Assembly (NCBI GenBank): GCA_052168235.1
Contig: JBQLZK010000004.1
Coordinates: forward strand, 64,001 to 128,000
Origin: Thainema sp.
GTDB taxonomy: Bacteria > Cyanobacteriota > Cyanobacteriia > Phormidesmidales > Phormidesmidaceae
Direction: 5' to 3'
Length of the DNA: 64,000 nucleotides
Part shown: in pieces, positions 26,362 to 37,011 of the stretch
Layout: each line of letters opens with the position of its first letter
Position numbering within the stretch: position 1 is the stretch's first letter
Position numbers and translations under genes: made by a program
The notes under the pieces: model-generated
What the model saw: only the letters and a program-made list of their open reading frames with translations
Databases searched by the model: none
What the model was told of the DNA's origin: nothing

Positions 26362-29300
26362 ATGGCTGAATTTACACTGCAACTCCTGCACGCCGCTGAC
26401 CAAGAAGCCGGAGTTTCTGCCATTGAAGATGCTCCCAATTTTTCTGCTGTCCTGAATGCATTGAAAAATGAAGATGCCGATGGCGACGGAGTTGTTGATT
26501 ATGCCAACACGCTGATCCTGTCTTCTGGCGATGCCTACATTCCAGGGCCATTTTTCTCAGCTAGTGAAACCGCCTTCGGCAGAGCTGGTCAGGGCGACAT
26601 CCTGATTCAGAATGAACTCGGCTTTCAAGCGATCGCGCTGGGCAACCACGAGTTTGACTTGGGCACAGGTGTGGTGGCTAGCTTAATTGCACCCGATCCA
26701 GCGACAAGCTATCCCGGCACGGCTTTTCCCTATCTCAGCGCTAACCTTGACTTCAGCAACGATGCGAATCTAGCCGGACTCGTCGCGGCTGACGGTCAAG
26801 AAGCCAGCACCATTCCTAACAGTTTGGCAGCTAGCACCGTCATTACTGTTAATGGCGAACGAATTGGCGTGGTTGGTGCGACGACTCCGACCCTGCCGAC
26901 CATTTCGTCGCCTGGAGATGTGGGCGTATTCCCCACTGCGTTCGATGCGTCGAATCCAGCCGATATTGCGGCACTGGCGGCTGAGATTCAGGCCGATGTC
27001 GATGCTCTGTTAGCAGCGAATCCTGACATTAACAAAGTGGTGCTGCTCTCCCACATGCAGCAAATCAGCATTGAGCAAGCTCTGGCCACCCAGTTACGCA
27101 ACGTCGATATTATCGTTGCGGGTGGTTCCAATACTCGGTTAGTGGACGAAACCGATCGGCTGCGGGCAGGTGATACGGCGCAAGGTACCTATCCCATCAT
27201 CCAAACCGATTTGGACGGCAATCCAGTCGCTGTGGTTAACACGGATGGCAACTACAAGTACGTCGGTCGTTTGGTGATTGACTTCGACACAAACGGCGTC
27301 ATCGTTCCCGAAAGCTATGATCCGACGGTGAGTGGAGCCTACGCTACCGATGATCAGGGGGTTGCAGATGTCGGCGGTACGCCCGATCCGGAAGTTGTCG
27401 CCATTGTCGATGCTCTGGCCGAGGTGATTGCGGCCCAGGAAGGCAATATTTTCGGTAGCACCAACGTGTTCCTCAACGGTACCCGCAACGACGTGCGGAC
27501 TCAGGAAACCAACTTAGGCAACCTGACGGCAGATGCGAACTTGGCCTACGCGCAGCAAACCGATCCGACCGTCGTGATTTCGATTAAAAACGGCGGCGGC
27601 ATCCGGGATGACATTGGTGACGTGATTGTGCCACCGGGAGCGACGAATCCAGAAGACTTTTTGCGCGTCCCTCCTCCTGCCAATGAGCTGGCGGGTAAGG
27701 AAGAGGGCGACATTTCTCAGCTTGATATCACCAACTCGCTGCGGTTTAACAACGGCCTGACGCTGCTGACTGCTACCGCTGAGGAACTGTTGGCTGTCGT
27801 TGAACATGGGGTTGCGGCCAGTGCTGATGGAGCAACTCCGGGCCAGTTTCCTCAAATTGCAGGTATTAACTTCAGCTTTGATGATGACCTACCAGTGGGC
27901 GACCGTATTCAGTCTTTGGCTGTTCTCGATGCCAATGGCGAAGTACTGGACGTTGTCGTGCAGGACGGTGAGTTAGTCGGTGATGCCAACCGCACCTTCC
28001 GGATTGTTACCCTCGGTTTTCTGGCAGATGGTGGTGATGGTTATCCCTTCCCGAATCGCGATCGCATCGATCTCTTCGCTACTGATCCAGCCGCTCAAAC
28101 CTTTACGGGCGATGCTACGTTTGCGCCTGACGGAACGGAACAGGACGCATTAGCTGAGTATCTAGACGACAACTTTAGCGCTCAGCCCTTTGATCGAGCC
28201 GATACCGCTCCAGCAGAAGACACCCGCATTCAAAATCTCGATTTCCGCGAGGATACCGTTCTGGCCGATGTCGATCCTGGAGACGGCGGTTCGGGTAGCG
28301 ATGCTGTGCCTCAACTGACGACCATTGGCACCTACGAAACAGGGATTTTCGACGAAGGTGCAGCAGAAATTGCCGATTACGATCCGGAAACCCAGCGCTT
28401 GTTCGTCGTCAACGGCAGCAGCGGCGGCATTGATATTCTCGATCTGTCTACGCCTGGTAGCCCCGTCAAAGTCGGTGAAATTGATATTTCAGCTTACGGT
28501 GATGCGCCCAATAGCGTCGCCGTCAAGAATGGCGTACTTGCGATCGCAGTTCAAGCCGAAGATGGAGCTGAAGCGGGCCAAGCCGTTTTCTTTGATGCTA
28601 ACGGCAATTTCCTCAGTGCCGTCACAGTCGGTGTGCTGCCCGACATGATCACCTTTACACCGGACGGCACGAAGATACTCACCGCCAACGAAGGCGAACC
28701 TGTTTACGACGATGACGACAACGTAATCGCCGATCCGCAGGGTGGCATCAGCATTATTGACATTTCCGGTGGGGTTGAGAATCTAACTGACGCGAACGTT
28801 ACCACCGTTGACTTCACAGCCTTCGACGGCATGGAAGCTGACCTGCGGGCAGACGGCGTCCGCATCTTCCCCGGTCGTTCCTTCTCGCAAGATGCTGAGC
28901 CAGAGTATATTTCGGTATCCCCAGACGGCAGCAAAGCCTTCGTCACGCTGCAAGAAAATAATGCGATCGCAGTTCTCAATCTTGAAACCAACGAAATTGA
29001 AGAGATTCAGCCCCTCGGTCTAAAAGACTGGAGCAGCGGGCCAAAGCTCGATGCCAGCGATCGCGATGGTGGTATTAATCTGCAAAACTGGCCCGTGTTT
29101 GGCATCTACATGCCAGATGCGATCGCAACTTACGAAGTCGGTGGCGTCACCTACTACATCACGGCCAACGAAGGCGATGATCGCGGTGATGCCGATGCGA
29201 CACCCGGTGGCGATGCTGTCCGGCTCAAGGATTTGGGTGATGTGATTTCCTTTGGTCGCAGTGGCTTGTCGCTAGATGAGAGCTTTGATCCGGCGCTGCT

Positions 29301-30381
29301 GGCAGATGAAGCGCTCGGTCGGTTGGTGATCTCCTCGGTCGATGGCGACCTGGATGGCGATGGCGATATCGACCAAATTCAGTCCTACGGTGCCCGCTCC
29401 TTCACCATCTGGGATGAGAACGGCAACCTCGTGTTCGACAGCGGCGATCAGATTGCCCAAATCACCGCTGCGCTAGTGCCTGAGCTGTTTAATTCAGAAA
29501 ATGGTGATCCGGGCGAGTTCGATGCTCGCTCTGACAATAAGGGGGCTGAACCCGAAGGCGTCACGGTCGGCATCGTCGATGGTCAGGTGTATGCCTTTAT
29601 CGGCCTAGAGCGCACAGGCGGCGTCCTGGTTTACAACGTCACCAATCCCACTAGCCCCGAATTCATTCAGTATGTCCAAACCGAAGGCGACATCGCGCCC
29701 GAAGGACTCAAGTTCATCAACGCAGCAGACAGCCCCACGGGTCGAAATCTGCTGGTTGTCACTAATGAAGTCAGTGGCAGCACGACGCTCTACGATTTCG
29801 GCACGGTGATTTCCGGTTCCGGTAACGGCGACACAGTTGGCGAAGATGCGGATGATGTGATTCAAACTGGCGACGGCAACAATACCGCTGCGGGGGGCTT
29901 GGGTAACGACATCATCCTCGGTGGCGATGGCAACGACATCCTGCGGGGCGACTTGAATAAGCAAAGCGCCCAAGGCAACAAGGGTGACGATGACATCATC
30001 CGGGGTGGTGACGGCAATGACCAAATCGGCGGCAAAGGCGGCAACGACGACCTCTATGGCGATGCGGGCAATGACCAAATCTGGGGCGATGCGGGTGACG
30101 ACCTGATTCAGGGCGGTCTCGGCGTTGACAAAGTGTTCGGTGGCGACGGTGCGGATACCTTCTTCCTGACGGTGGGCGAAGGATTTGACCAAATTCGCGA
30201 CTTCAGCTTTGCGGAGGGTGACATGATTCGCCTACCGCAGATGGTTAGCGTGGACGATATCACCATCATGGGTAAAGGCAACGGGACCGATATCCTGCTG
30301 GGTGAAGACCTGCTGGCTAATCTGCGCGGTGTCAGTGCGGAAACGCTAACAGCAATGGCGGATCAAGTGTTTATTGCCTAA
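26362..30381 (+). CDS. Secreted 5'-nucleotidase / choice-of-anchor-I alkaline phosphatase fusion with RTX repeats
   Basis: LHAADQE, SSGD, LGNHEFD, ETNLGNL, NGGGIR; TANEGEP, RSDNKGAEPEG; GGxGND repeats. Confidence 0.88.
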   Translation: MAEFTLQLLHAADQEAGVSAIEDAPNFSAVLNALKNEDADGDGVVDYANTLILSSGDAYIPGPFFSASETAFGRAGQGDILIQNELGFQAIALGNHEFDLGTGVVASLIAPDPATSYPGTAFPYLSANLDFSNDANLAGLVAADGQEASTIPNSLAASTVITVNGERIGVVGATTPTLPTISSPGDVGVFPTAFDASNPADIAALAAEIQADVDALLAANPDINKVVLLSHMQQISIEQALATQLRNVDIIVAGGSNTRLVDETDRLRAGDTAQGTYPIIQTDLDGNPVAVVNTDGNYKYVGRLVIDFDTNGVIVPESYDPTVSGAYATDDQGVADVGGTPDPEVVAIVDALAEVIAAQEGNIFGSTNVFLNGTRNDVRTQETNLGNLTADANLAYAQQTDPTVVISIKNGGGIRDDIGDVIVPPGATNPEDFLRVPPPANELAGKEEGDISQLDITNSLRFNNGLTLLTATAEELLAVVEHGVAASADGATPGQFPQIAGINFSFDDDLPVGDRIQSLAVLDANGEVLDVVVQDGELVGDANRTFRIVTLGFLADGGDGYPFPNRDRIDLFATDPAAQTFTGDATFAPDGTEQDALAEYLDDNFSAQPFDRADTAPAEDTRIQNLDFREDTVLADVDPGDGGSGSDAVPQLTTIGTYETGIFDEGAAEIADYDPETQRLFVVNGSSGGIDILDLSTPGSPVKVGEIDISAYGDAPNSVAVKNGVLAIAVQAEDGAEAGQAVFFDANGNFLSAVTVGVLPDMITFTPDGTKILTANEGEPVYDDDDNVIADPQGGISIIDISGGVENLTDANVTTVDFTAFDGMEADLRADGVRIFPGRSFSQDAEPEYISVSPDGSKAFVTLQENNAIAVLNLETNEIEEIQPLGLKDWSSGPKLDASDRDGGINLQNWPVFGIYMPDAIATYEVGGVTYYITANEGDDRGDADATPGGDAVRLKDLGDVISFGRSGLSLDESFDPALLADEALGRLVISSVDGDLDGDGDIDQIQSYGARSFTIWDENGNLVFDSGDQIAQITAALVPELFNSENGDPGEFDARSDNKGAEPEGVTVGIVDGQVYAFIGLERTGGVLVYNVTNPTSPEFIQYVQTEGDIAPEGLKFINAADSPTGRNLLVVTNEVSGSTTLYDFGTVISGSGNGDTVGEDADDVIQTGDGNNTAAGGLGNDIILGGDGNDILRGDLNKQSAQGNKGDDDIIRGGDGNDQIGGKGGNDDLYGDAGNDQIWGDAGDDLIQGGLGVDKVFGGDGADTFFLTVGEGFDQIRDFSFAEGDMIRLPQMVSVDDITIMGKGNGTDILLGEDLLANLRGVSAETLTAMADQVFIA

Positions 30382-30390
30382 TTTCAATCC

Positions 30391-30424
30391 ACAAAGAGCC
30401 GAGATACCTCGGCTCTTTGTTTTT
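30391..30424 (+). terminator. Intrinsic terminator
   Basis: ACAAAGAGCCGAG-ATAC-CTCGGCTCTTTGT followed by a T run. Confidence 0.75.
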
Positions 30425-30524
30425 ACCAAATTCAAGATCAAGACACTTACAAGTCTTCAGCTTGTGAGCCTGTTTGTGCTGTGTTTGTACTGAAAAATTT
30501 ACGACCTGGAGCAATCGAGGAAAC

Positions 30525-33500
30525 ATGAGCGATTTGATGATCACTGGGATTATTGATGGGCCTTTAACGGGCGGAATTCCTAAAGCGATTGAGTTCTATG
30601 TCCTCAACGACATCCCCGACCTGAGCATTTACGGTTTTGGCTCGGCTAATAACGGTGGCGGCAGCGATGGTCAGGAATATACCTTTTCTGGCTCTGCCGC
30701 TGCTGGAGAATATATTTACATTGCGACTGAAACAACCGGATTCACCAACTTCTTCGGTTTTGCGCCAACTGACACCAGTTTCGCCGCGTCAATCAACGGC
30801 GACGATGCGATCGAACTGTTCATGAATGGCATCGTCGTTGATGTTTTTGGTGATATTAACCTGAGCGGAACTGGACAGCCTTGGGACTACATGGACGGTT
30901 GGGCTTACCGAGTTCCTGAGTCTTTACCAGATAGAACGTTCAGCTCAGCAGATTGGACGTTTAGCAGCCCCAATGCGCTCGATGGTTCAACTACAAACGA
31001 CGATGCAGCTACGCCGTTTCCACTGGGTTCGTATACGGCTGATGGCAGCTCTAGCCTGGTGATTAACGAGATGGTCGTCTCGACGGCTGGTACCGATCGC
31101 GAGTTTGTTGAACTGCTCGGCTTACCCTCTGCATCGCTGGATGGCGTGTTCTTGCTTGAGGTTGAGTCGGGTGGCGAAATTGATACCGTGCTTGATTTTT
31201 CAGGCCAGTCGCTGGGCACAAACGGCTATTTTCTGGCCACTAGTCCAGAAGCAGAAGCCGTACTCGGTGTAACGGGTGACATATCCATTGCCAATAACAC
31301 CTTTACCAATGCGTCGCAGACCTACCTGCTGGTGCGAAACTTTACAGGCGCGAGCGGGGACGACCTTGATTTAGACGATGACGGCACAATTGACGTTTTG
31401 CCCTGGGATGAACTGCTCGATGATGTGGCGTTTATCGATGATGACAATCCCATCATCTACAGCTCAAACGTTGTTGGCCCCGATGGATCATTTCTAGCGC
31501 CGGGTGGTTTCCGCGATCCAGACGGCACGGGCGCTTTTGTTCAGCACAGTTTTTCTGATCCCTCTACCTACACGCCCACTGCCGGAGACAGCGACGGCGG
31601 CAATGGAGGTGGTGACGGCGATTTGGTTGCTATCTATGAGATTCAAGGTGCCGCGCATACCTCACCCCTGGAGGGTCAAACCGTCATCACAACGGGTATT
31701 GTCACAGCAATGGATTCCAACGGATTCTACCTGCAAGACCCAACTGGAGACGGGAATATTGCCACGTCCGATGCCATTTTTGTGTTTACAGGCGGCAGTC
31801 CGGGCGTAAGCATTGGCGATGAGCTTCAGGTGGAAGGAACGGTCTCGGAGTTTACGCCTGGTGGCGTTTCAACCCGTAACCTGTCCACGACGCAAATCAG
31901 CGGTAGTCCGACGATCACAACGCTGAGTACGGGCAACGCATTACCAGAGGCTGTGATCATTGGTGCCAATGGACGCATTCCGCCTTCGGAAAGTATCGAC
32001 GACGATGACTTCTTCAGCTTTGACCCAGCCGAAGACGGTATCGATTTCTTCGAATCCCTAGAAGCTATGCGGGTGACGGCACAAAACCTAGTTGCTGTTG
32101 CTGGCACCAACGGCTTTGGCGAAATTTTTGCGATCGCAACCGATACCAATGCAACTGGAATTAGCGATCGCGGCACGCTCAACATCAGCCCTGATGACTT
32201 CAATCCAGAGCGTATTCAAATTAACGAAGACTCTGACCTCTTCGACTTTGAGTTTCCGACGGTCGATGTGGGGGCGGAACTGGGCGATGTCACGGGCGTT
32301 GTCGGCTACAGCTTTGGCAACTTCGAGATTTATCCCACCGAAGACTTCACAGCTACCATCCAGGACAGCACGCTCCAGGCTGAATCCAGCAGCATCACGG
32401 GCAGCATCAACGATCTCACGATTGCCTCTTACAACGTGCTGAACCTCGACCCGAATGATGCGGATGGCGACACGGATATCGCCGATGGTCGGTTCGCGGC
32501 CATTGCTGCCCAGATTGTTAACAGTCTCAATTCTCCAGACATCATCGGTTTGCAGGAGATCCAGGACAATAACGGTTCAGTCAATGACGGCACGACATCG
32601 GCCAGTGAGACGCTGCAATTGCTCGTAGATGCGATCGCAGCCGCTGGTGGCCCCCAGTATGAATTTATCGACAATACCTTCATCATCGACGGCCAGAGCG
32701 GTGGACAACCCGGTGGCAATATCCGCACCGCGTTTCTCTACAACCCTGACCGAGTTAACTTGGTAGAGGGGTCGGTGCAGCCCATTGGCAGCCAAGCTCC
32801 TGGAGCGACATTTGCTGGCGCTCGCTTGCCGCTGGTGGCAACGTTAGAATTCAACGGCCAGGAAATCACCGTCGTTGACAATCACTTTTCGTCAAAAGGC
32901 GGTAGCGCCCCCATTCTGGGCACGGAGCAGCCGTTTGAGGACTTGCAGGAAGATCCGGACGTAAACGGCAGCCTGAATGAGCGGCGCGAACAGGCCCAGG
33001 CCGTCAACGACTTTGTAGACGGCATTTTCGCCAATGATGCCGATGCTAACGTGGTCGTGCTCGGTGACCTAAACGAGTTTGAGTTTGTCTCGCCGCTCGA
33101 TATCTTGGCGGGCACAGTCGAGAGCCTCAACGCTGGACAGGCCATTCAGTCCACGGGTGAAGCTGCCGTTCTGACTAACTTGATCAACAACATTGACCCG
33201 GATGAGCGGTACAGCTTCATTTTTCAGGGCAACTCCCAACAGCTAGATCACATCCTGGTTAGTGACAGCCTGCTGAACGAGGCTGAGATTGACATTGTCC
33301 ATGTCAACACCGAGTTTGCTGAAACAGACAGTCGAGCCAGCGATCACGATCCGGTGTTAGCCAGCCTGTTCTTCTTTAACGAAATCACAGGTACTAATCG
33401 TCGGGATATTTTGGTGGGCACAGATGGGCGCGATCGCATTTTAGGTCTAGGTGGTAACGACTGCCTAACCGGAGGCGCAGGCGCAGACCTGTTCGTCTAT

Positions 33501-33761
33501 CAAAGCGCCAACGAATTGCGCGATCGCATCACCGATTTTGAAGTCGGAGTCGATCAGCTAGTGTTCACGGATCTGTTAGACAGCATCGGCTACACGGGCA
33601 GCGATCCACTGGCAGATGGTGTGATTACGCTCCGGCAGCTAGGAGCCGCAGGCACCCGCATTGAAGGCTTCGGCGGCCCCGGTCGATCGAAGTTCATTAC
33701 CCTCGAAGATGTGACGGTGGCTGAACTCAACAGTGCTGTTGAGACATCGTTTGTGTTCTAA
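30525..33761 (+). CDS. Extracellular ExeM/NucH-like endonuclease (OB + EEP domains, RTX tail)
   Basis: IYEIQG, GFYLQD, YNVLN, GLQEIQD, LGDLN, LDHILV, SDHDP; GAGG RBS before ATG 30525. Confidence 0.88.
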   Translation: MSDLMITGIIDGPLTGGIPKAIEFYVLNDIPDLSIYGFGSANNGGGSDGQEYTFSGSAAAGEYIYIATETTGFTNFFGFAPTDTSFAASINGDDAIELFMNGIVVDVFGDINLSGTGQPWDYMDGWAYRVPESLPDRTFSSADWTFSSPNALDGSTTNDDAATPFPLGSYTADGSSSLVINEMVVSTAGTDREFVELLGLPSASLDGVFLLEVESGGEIDTVLDFSGQSLGTNGYFLATSPEAEAVLGVTGDISIANNTFTNASQTYLLVRNFTGASGDDLDLDDDGTIDVLPWDELLDDVAFIDDDNPIIYSSNVVGPDGSFLAPGGFRDPDGTGAFVQHSFSDPSTYTPTAGDSDGGNGGGDGDLVAIYEIQGAAHTSPLEGQTVITTGIVTAMDSNGFYLQDPTGDGNIATSDAIFVFTGGSPGVSIGDELQVEGTVSEFTPGGVSTRNLSTTQISGSPTITTLSTGNALPEAVIIGANGRIPPSESIDDDDFFSFDPAEDGIDFFESLEAMRVTAQNLVAVAGTNGFGEIFAIATDTNATGISDRGTLNISPDDFNPERIQINEDSDLFDFEFPTVDVGAELGDVTGVVGYSFGNFEIYPTEDFTATIQDSTLQAESSSITGSINDLTIASYNVLNLDPNDADGDTDIADGRFAAIAAQIVNSLNSPDIIGLQEIQDNNGSVNDGTTSASETLQLLVDAIAAAGGPQYEFIDNTFIIDGQSGGQPGGNIRTAFLYNPDRVNLVEGSVQPIGSQAPGATFAGARLPLVATLEFNGQEITVVDNHFSSKGGSAPILGTEQPFEDLQEDPDVNGSLNERREQAQAVNDFVDGIFANDADANVVVLGDLNEFEFVSPLDILAGTVESLNAGQAIQSTGEAAVLTNLINNIDPDERYSFIFQGNSQQLDHILVSDSLLNEAEIDIVHVNTEFAETDSRASDHDPVLASLFFFNEITGTNRRDILVGTDGRDRILGLGGNDCLTGGAGADLFVYQSANELRDRITDFEVGVDQLVFTDLLDSIGYTGSDPLADGVITLRQLGAAGTRIEGFGGPGRSKFITLEDVTVAELNSAVETSFVF

Positions 33762-33863
33762 TACGAAGCCTAGTTGAAAACCCCATTATGTATTTTTGCC
33801 CAATGCTTACGACGCAAGCATTGGGCAAAAATACATTGGGCGGACATACATGGACTTGATTAA
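33759..33863 (-). repeat. Family A hairpin element
   Basis: 23-bp arms (1 mismatch) 33788-33810/33814-33836, loop GAC; C-TAA[element]TAA-G, first TAA is the nuclease stop codon. Confidence 0.82.
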
Positions 33864-34069
33864 GAAAACCACTTTCCGCTGACCTTTGACGAGATCTAAG
33901 ACGGTCGTTCGTCCTGGTCGAGGGGGACTGGGCGCAATCGAAATGCCCCCAGTAGGGCGGCTTGGGATTAACCGATGATGTGCTGACTATCTCCTACCAA
34001 TACTCAACACCTAGCAGTTCATTTGAATTAGTTAAAATAATCAATAACGTATCGCCAGAGGCAATCATC

Positions 34070-34762
34070 ATGTGTGGCCGAGTTGTCTGCTATTCGCCAC
34101 TCGAAGAAATTAGTGAAGCACTGGGAGCAACGCTTGATCCAAGCGCCCAGTATGGCTATGAACCCTCCTACAATTTGCCGCCCTCTAAACCCGTACCGAT
34201 TGTGTGCGAGATGGAGCAGGGTTCAGAACGCGAATCGCGGCGAGACAGTCGCGATCGCAGATTGCTGATGGCCAAATGGGGACTTTTGCCGCACTGGGCT
34301 AAAGATGAATCTTTGGCGTTCAAAACCTTCAATGCCAGAGCTGAAACCGTGCGGGAAAAGCCTGCCTATCGGGGCGCGTTTAAGTATCGCCGCTGCTTGA
34401 TTCCGGTGAATGGGTATTACGAATGGCGACGGAGTGGCAGTAAGAAGCAGCCGTTTTACTTTTCGCGGCAGGATGGCGACTTTATACGGCTGGCGGGACT
34501 GTTCGAGTTCTGGAAAGATGAACTGCTGACCTGCACCGTAATCACAACCGCAGCGAGCAATATGGCCGCCGAGGTGCATAACCGGATGCCCGTGGTGATT
34601 GAACCGGAGGATTCCGACACCTGGCTAAGCGCCAGTCCGAATGAGGCGTATGAGGTGCTGCACTCCGCAGGCACGAATGTGCTGAAGATGTACGAAGTCG
34701 ATCCGGTAGTCAACAATGCTCAACATGATGGTGCAGAGCTAATTACGCCATTGAGTGCATAG
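34070..34762 (+). CDS. SOS response-associated peptidase (SRAP/YedK family)
   Basis: N-terminal MCGR, WGLLPHWAK, NARAET, RCLIP..GYYEW, HNRMP. Confidence 0.93.
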   Translation: MCGRVVCYSPLEEISEALGATLDPSAQYGYEPSYNLPPSKPVPIVCEMEQGSERESRRDSRDRRLLMAKWGLLPHWAKDESLAFKTFNARAETVREKPAYRGAFKYRRCLIPVNGYYEWRRSGSKKQPFYFSRQDGDFIRLAGLFEFWKDELLTCTVITTAASNMAAEVHNRMPVVIEPEDSDTWLSASPNEAYEVLHSAGTNVLKMYEVDPVVNNAQHDGAELITPLSA

Positions 34763-34919
34763 TCGAAATCAAACGGCTCCCATTAAAAGAATTTGCTGAT
34801 ATTGGGCAGATCAATCTAAATTTCTCTTGCTGCGATCGCTGACAGCCTATTGTTTTACTTTTGCTATACGGAATTACGCGAAGGGTGATGCTGAACTGCG
34901 ATCGCAATCGAGTATCTGC

Positions 34920-34990
34920 GTAGGTTGGGCATTGCCCTCCATGATCTTAGAACTTAGACAGTAAGCCAGTGGTGGGCCTTGCCTACCCTT
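34920..34990. repeat. GTAG-type REP doublet
   Basis: GTAGGTTGGGCATTGCCC...GGTGGGCCTTGCCTACCC; spacer similar to 46686-46736. Confidence 0.6.
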
Positions 34991-35359
34991 ATTTTTAAAT
35001 AATTTAGGTTGGGTCGTTTGAGCCGTTCCGAGAAAATGCCGCCATGAGAGTTTGGTTAACGGAGCGGCACATCGCCTGCATCAGTCCTAAAATTGGTTGT
35101 ACTAACCCATTTAGTATCAAATGCCCGTTGCCATGCGTAATTCGTCAGTAAAAATGCTGATTCTAAAGTGATTCAATCTCCTGTCTGAGTACAAAATCCG
35201 CTGATCAAAACTAGCTTTTATTGATTGTGAACGTCAGGCTGTATCTGGCGTTCATCAAAAAAACTTAGGTTCTTTCGATTCGGATTCAATATAAACAGCC
35301 CTGGAATTGAATTTTAGCGGCATTTCGATCGCATCTCGATTGCTTAAAGAGGTCTCACC

Positions 35360-36910
35360 ATGAAGATTGAAACACTGCTCGGACAATATGCTGCGGGTCA
35401 GCGAGACTTTGTCGGGATTGAACTGAGTGAAGCGAAATGTATTGGTCAAAATCTATCGGGTATCAATCTGCAGCAGGCGACACTGACGGTGGCCAATTTT
35501 TCAGGCACGAATTTGAGTCGTGCCAATCTGAGCCAGGCCAAGCTGAATGTGGCTCGATTGAATGGTGCGAACTTAAGCCATAGCAACTTGCTCGGTGCAA
35601 GTTTGAACGTCGCTAATTTAATTCAAGCGATCGCACTAGGCGCTAATCTTCGTAATGCTTCTCTCGTCCGGGCTGAGATGATTCGAGCTGAACTGAGTGG
35701 CGGTTTGTTGCAGAATAGCGACCTGAGTGAGGCCGATTTACGGGAAATCAAGCTCCGTCGGGCCAATTTGCTCAACGCCAATCTGAATAAAGCCGACTTG
35801 CGGGGCGCAGTTTTGACAGAAGCCTATCTCAGTCAGGCCAACTTTCATATGGCGGATTTGGGGCGAGCAGATTTGCGGGGAGCCGACTTACGGGATTGCG
35901 AACTGCGCCACGCCAATTTGGTCAAGGCCAACCTAATGGGGGCCAACTTAGCCGGGGCTAATCTGCGCTGGGCCGATCTCAGCGGTGCCAATTTGCAGGG
36001 AGCCGATCTGAGTCAGGCTAAACTCAGTGGAGCCACATTGGTGGGCGCAATCTTGACGGATGCCGATTTAACTAACGCGAGTCTGGTTCATTCTGATTTG
36101 GCTCAGGCAAATCTGATCAACGCCGACTTGACCGGAGCCGATTTGACCGGAACGACCCTAACCGGGGCCAAGCTATACAACGTCGCTCGGTTTCGGCTGA
36201 CGGGCCAGGACATGCAGTGCGACTGGATTGACGTGAGTCCCAACGGCGACAACACGCAGCGCCATCATTTTGAGTCGGCAGAAGCGATTTATCAATTTTT
36301 CAATCAGGTTTCGCCAACGGTTGAAATCGTGATTGATGCAGTGCTGACGCCTGCTACTCATCTTGCACTGGCGGCAGCCTATCACCAGCTAGCCAAGCAG
36401 AAGGTAGGACTCAATCATCCGCCCAATATTGAAATTGGCCGTCATCGTACCCGCTTACTCTTTCACGTCGCCCAAGATGATGCGCTGTTAGCTACTGCAT
36501 ACGCTGCGATCGCACCCTTTCAGGATGCGGCAACCACGCAAAAAAATTTGCTGGCATTGGCCAATCTGAGTCAAAACAAAACGCTGATTCGTCAAGATAC
36601 CGCCTGCGATCGCATTCAGGCAATGATTCAAGCCTTGACTCAGGTTCAAGATACACTCAAACACATGGAAATTAGCCCGCAGGCAGTTGTGGATACGGAT
36701 GTGGCGGATTTCTTAAAAATGCCGACTCAAACGCTGCTGACCAACTCCTGCGATCGCCAACTCCGCATACACCAAAACCTTCAGTTTGGTAAGCAATCGC
36801 TAAACCTCGACGAAGAGCTGATGAAAGCCCTGAAAGTTAACCTGCCGCGCCAAACAGTTCCCCTCGATGAGCAGGCCGTCCTCCGATTTATCGAAGGATT
36901 GCTGATGTAG
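35360..36910 (+). CDS. Pentapeptide repeat protein
   Basis: Long A(N/D)LxX repeat region after YAAGQRDF. Confidence 0.92.
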   Translation: MKIETLLGQYAAGQRDFVGIELSEAKCIGQNLSGINLQQATLTVANFSGTNLSRANLSQAKLNVARLNGANLSHSNLLGASLNVANLIQAIALGANLRNASLVRAEMIRAELSGGLLQNSDLSEADLREIKLRRANLLNANLNKADLRGAVLTEAYLSQANFHMADLGRADLRGADLRDCELRHANLVKANLMGANLAGANLRWADLSGANLQGADLSQAKLSGATLVGAILTDADLTNASLVHSDLAQANLINADLTGADLTGTTLTGAKLYNVARFRLTGQDMQCDWIDVSPNGDNTQRHHFESAEAIYQFFNQVSPTVEIVIDAVLTPATHLALAAAYHQLAKQKVGLNHPPNIEIGRHRTRLLFHVAQDDALLATAYAAIAPFQDAATTQKNLLALANLSQNKTLIRQDTACDRIQAMIQALTQVQDTLKHMEISPQAVVDTDVADFLKMPTQTLLTNSCDRQLRIHQNLQFGKQSLNLDEELMKALKVNLPRQTVPLDEQAVLRFIEGLLM

Positions 36911-37011
36911 AAAGTGAGATTCGGACATAACGGGGGTTTACCGCAATTCGTTAGGATAGAAGCAAATATTAAGAAGCGTATCGGCAATTCTTAGACCCGC
37001 ATCCCAACCTT

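Noticed and set aside
29605..30192. Long antisense ORFs inside large genes (also 6429-6857, 18853-19365, 61764-62342)
   Set aside because: Shadow frames of well-supported CDS.
33962..34069. N-terminal extension of SRAP
   Set aside because: SRAP proteins need Cys2 after the initiator Met, so the start is 34070.
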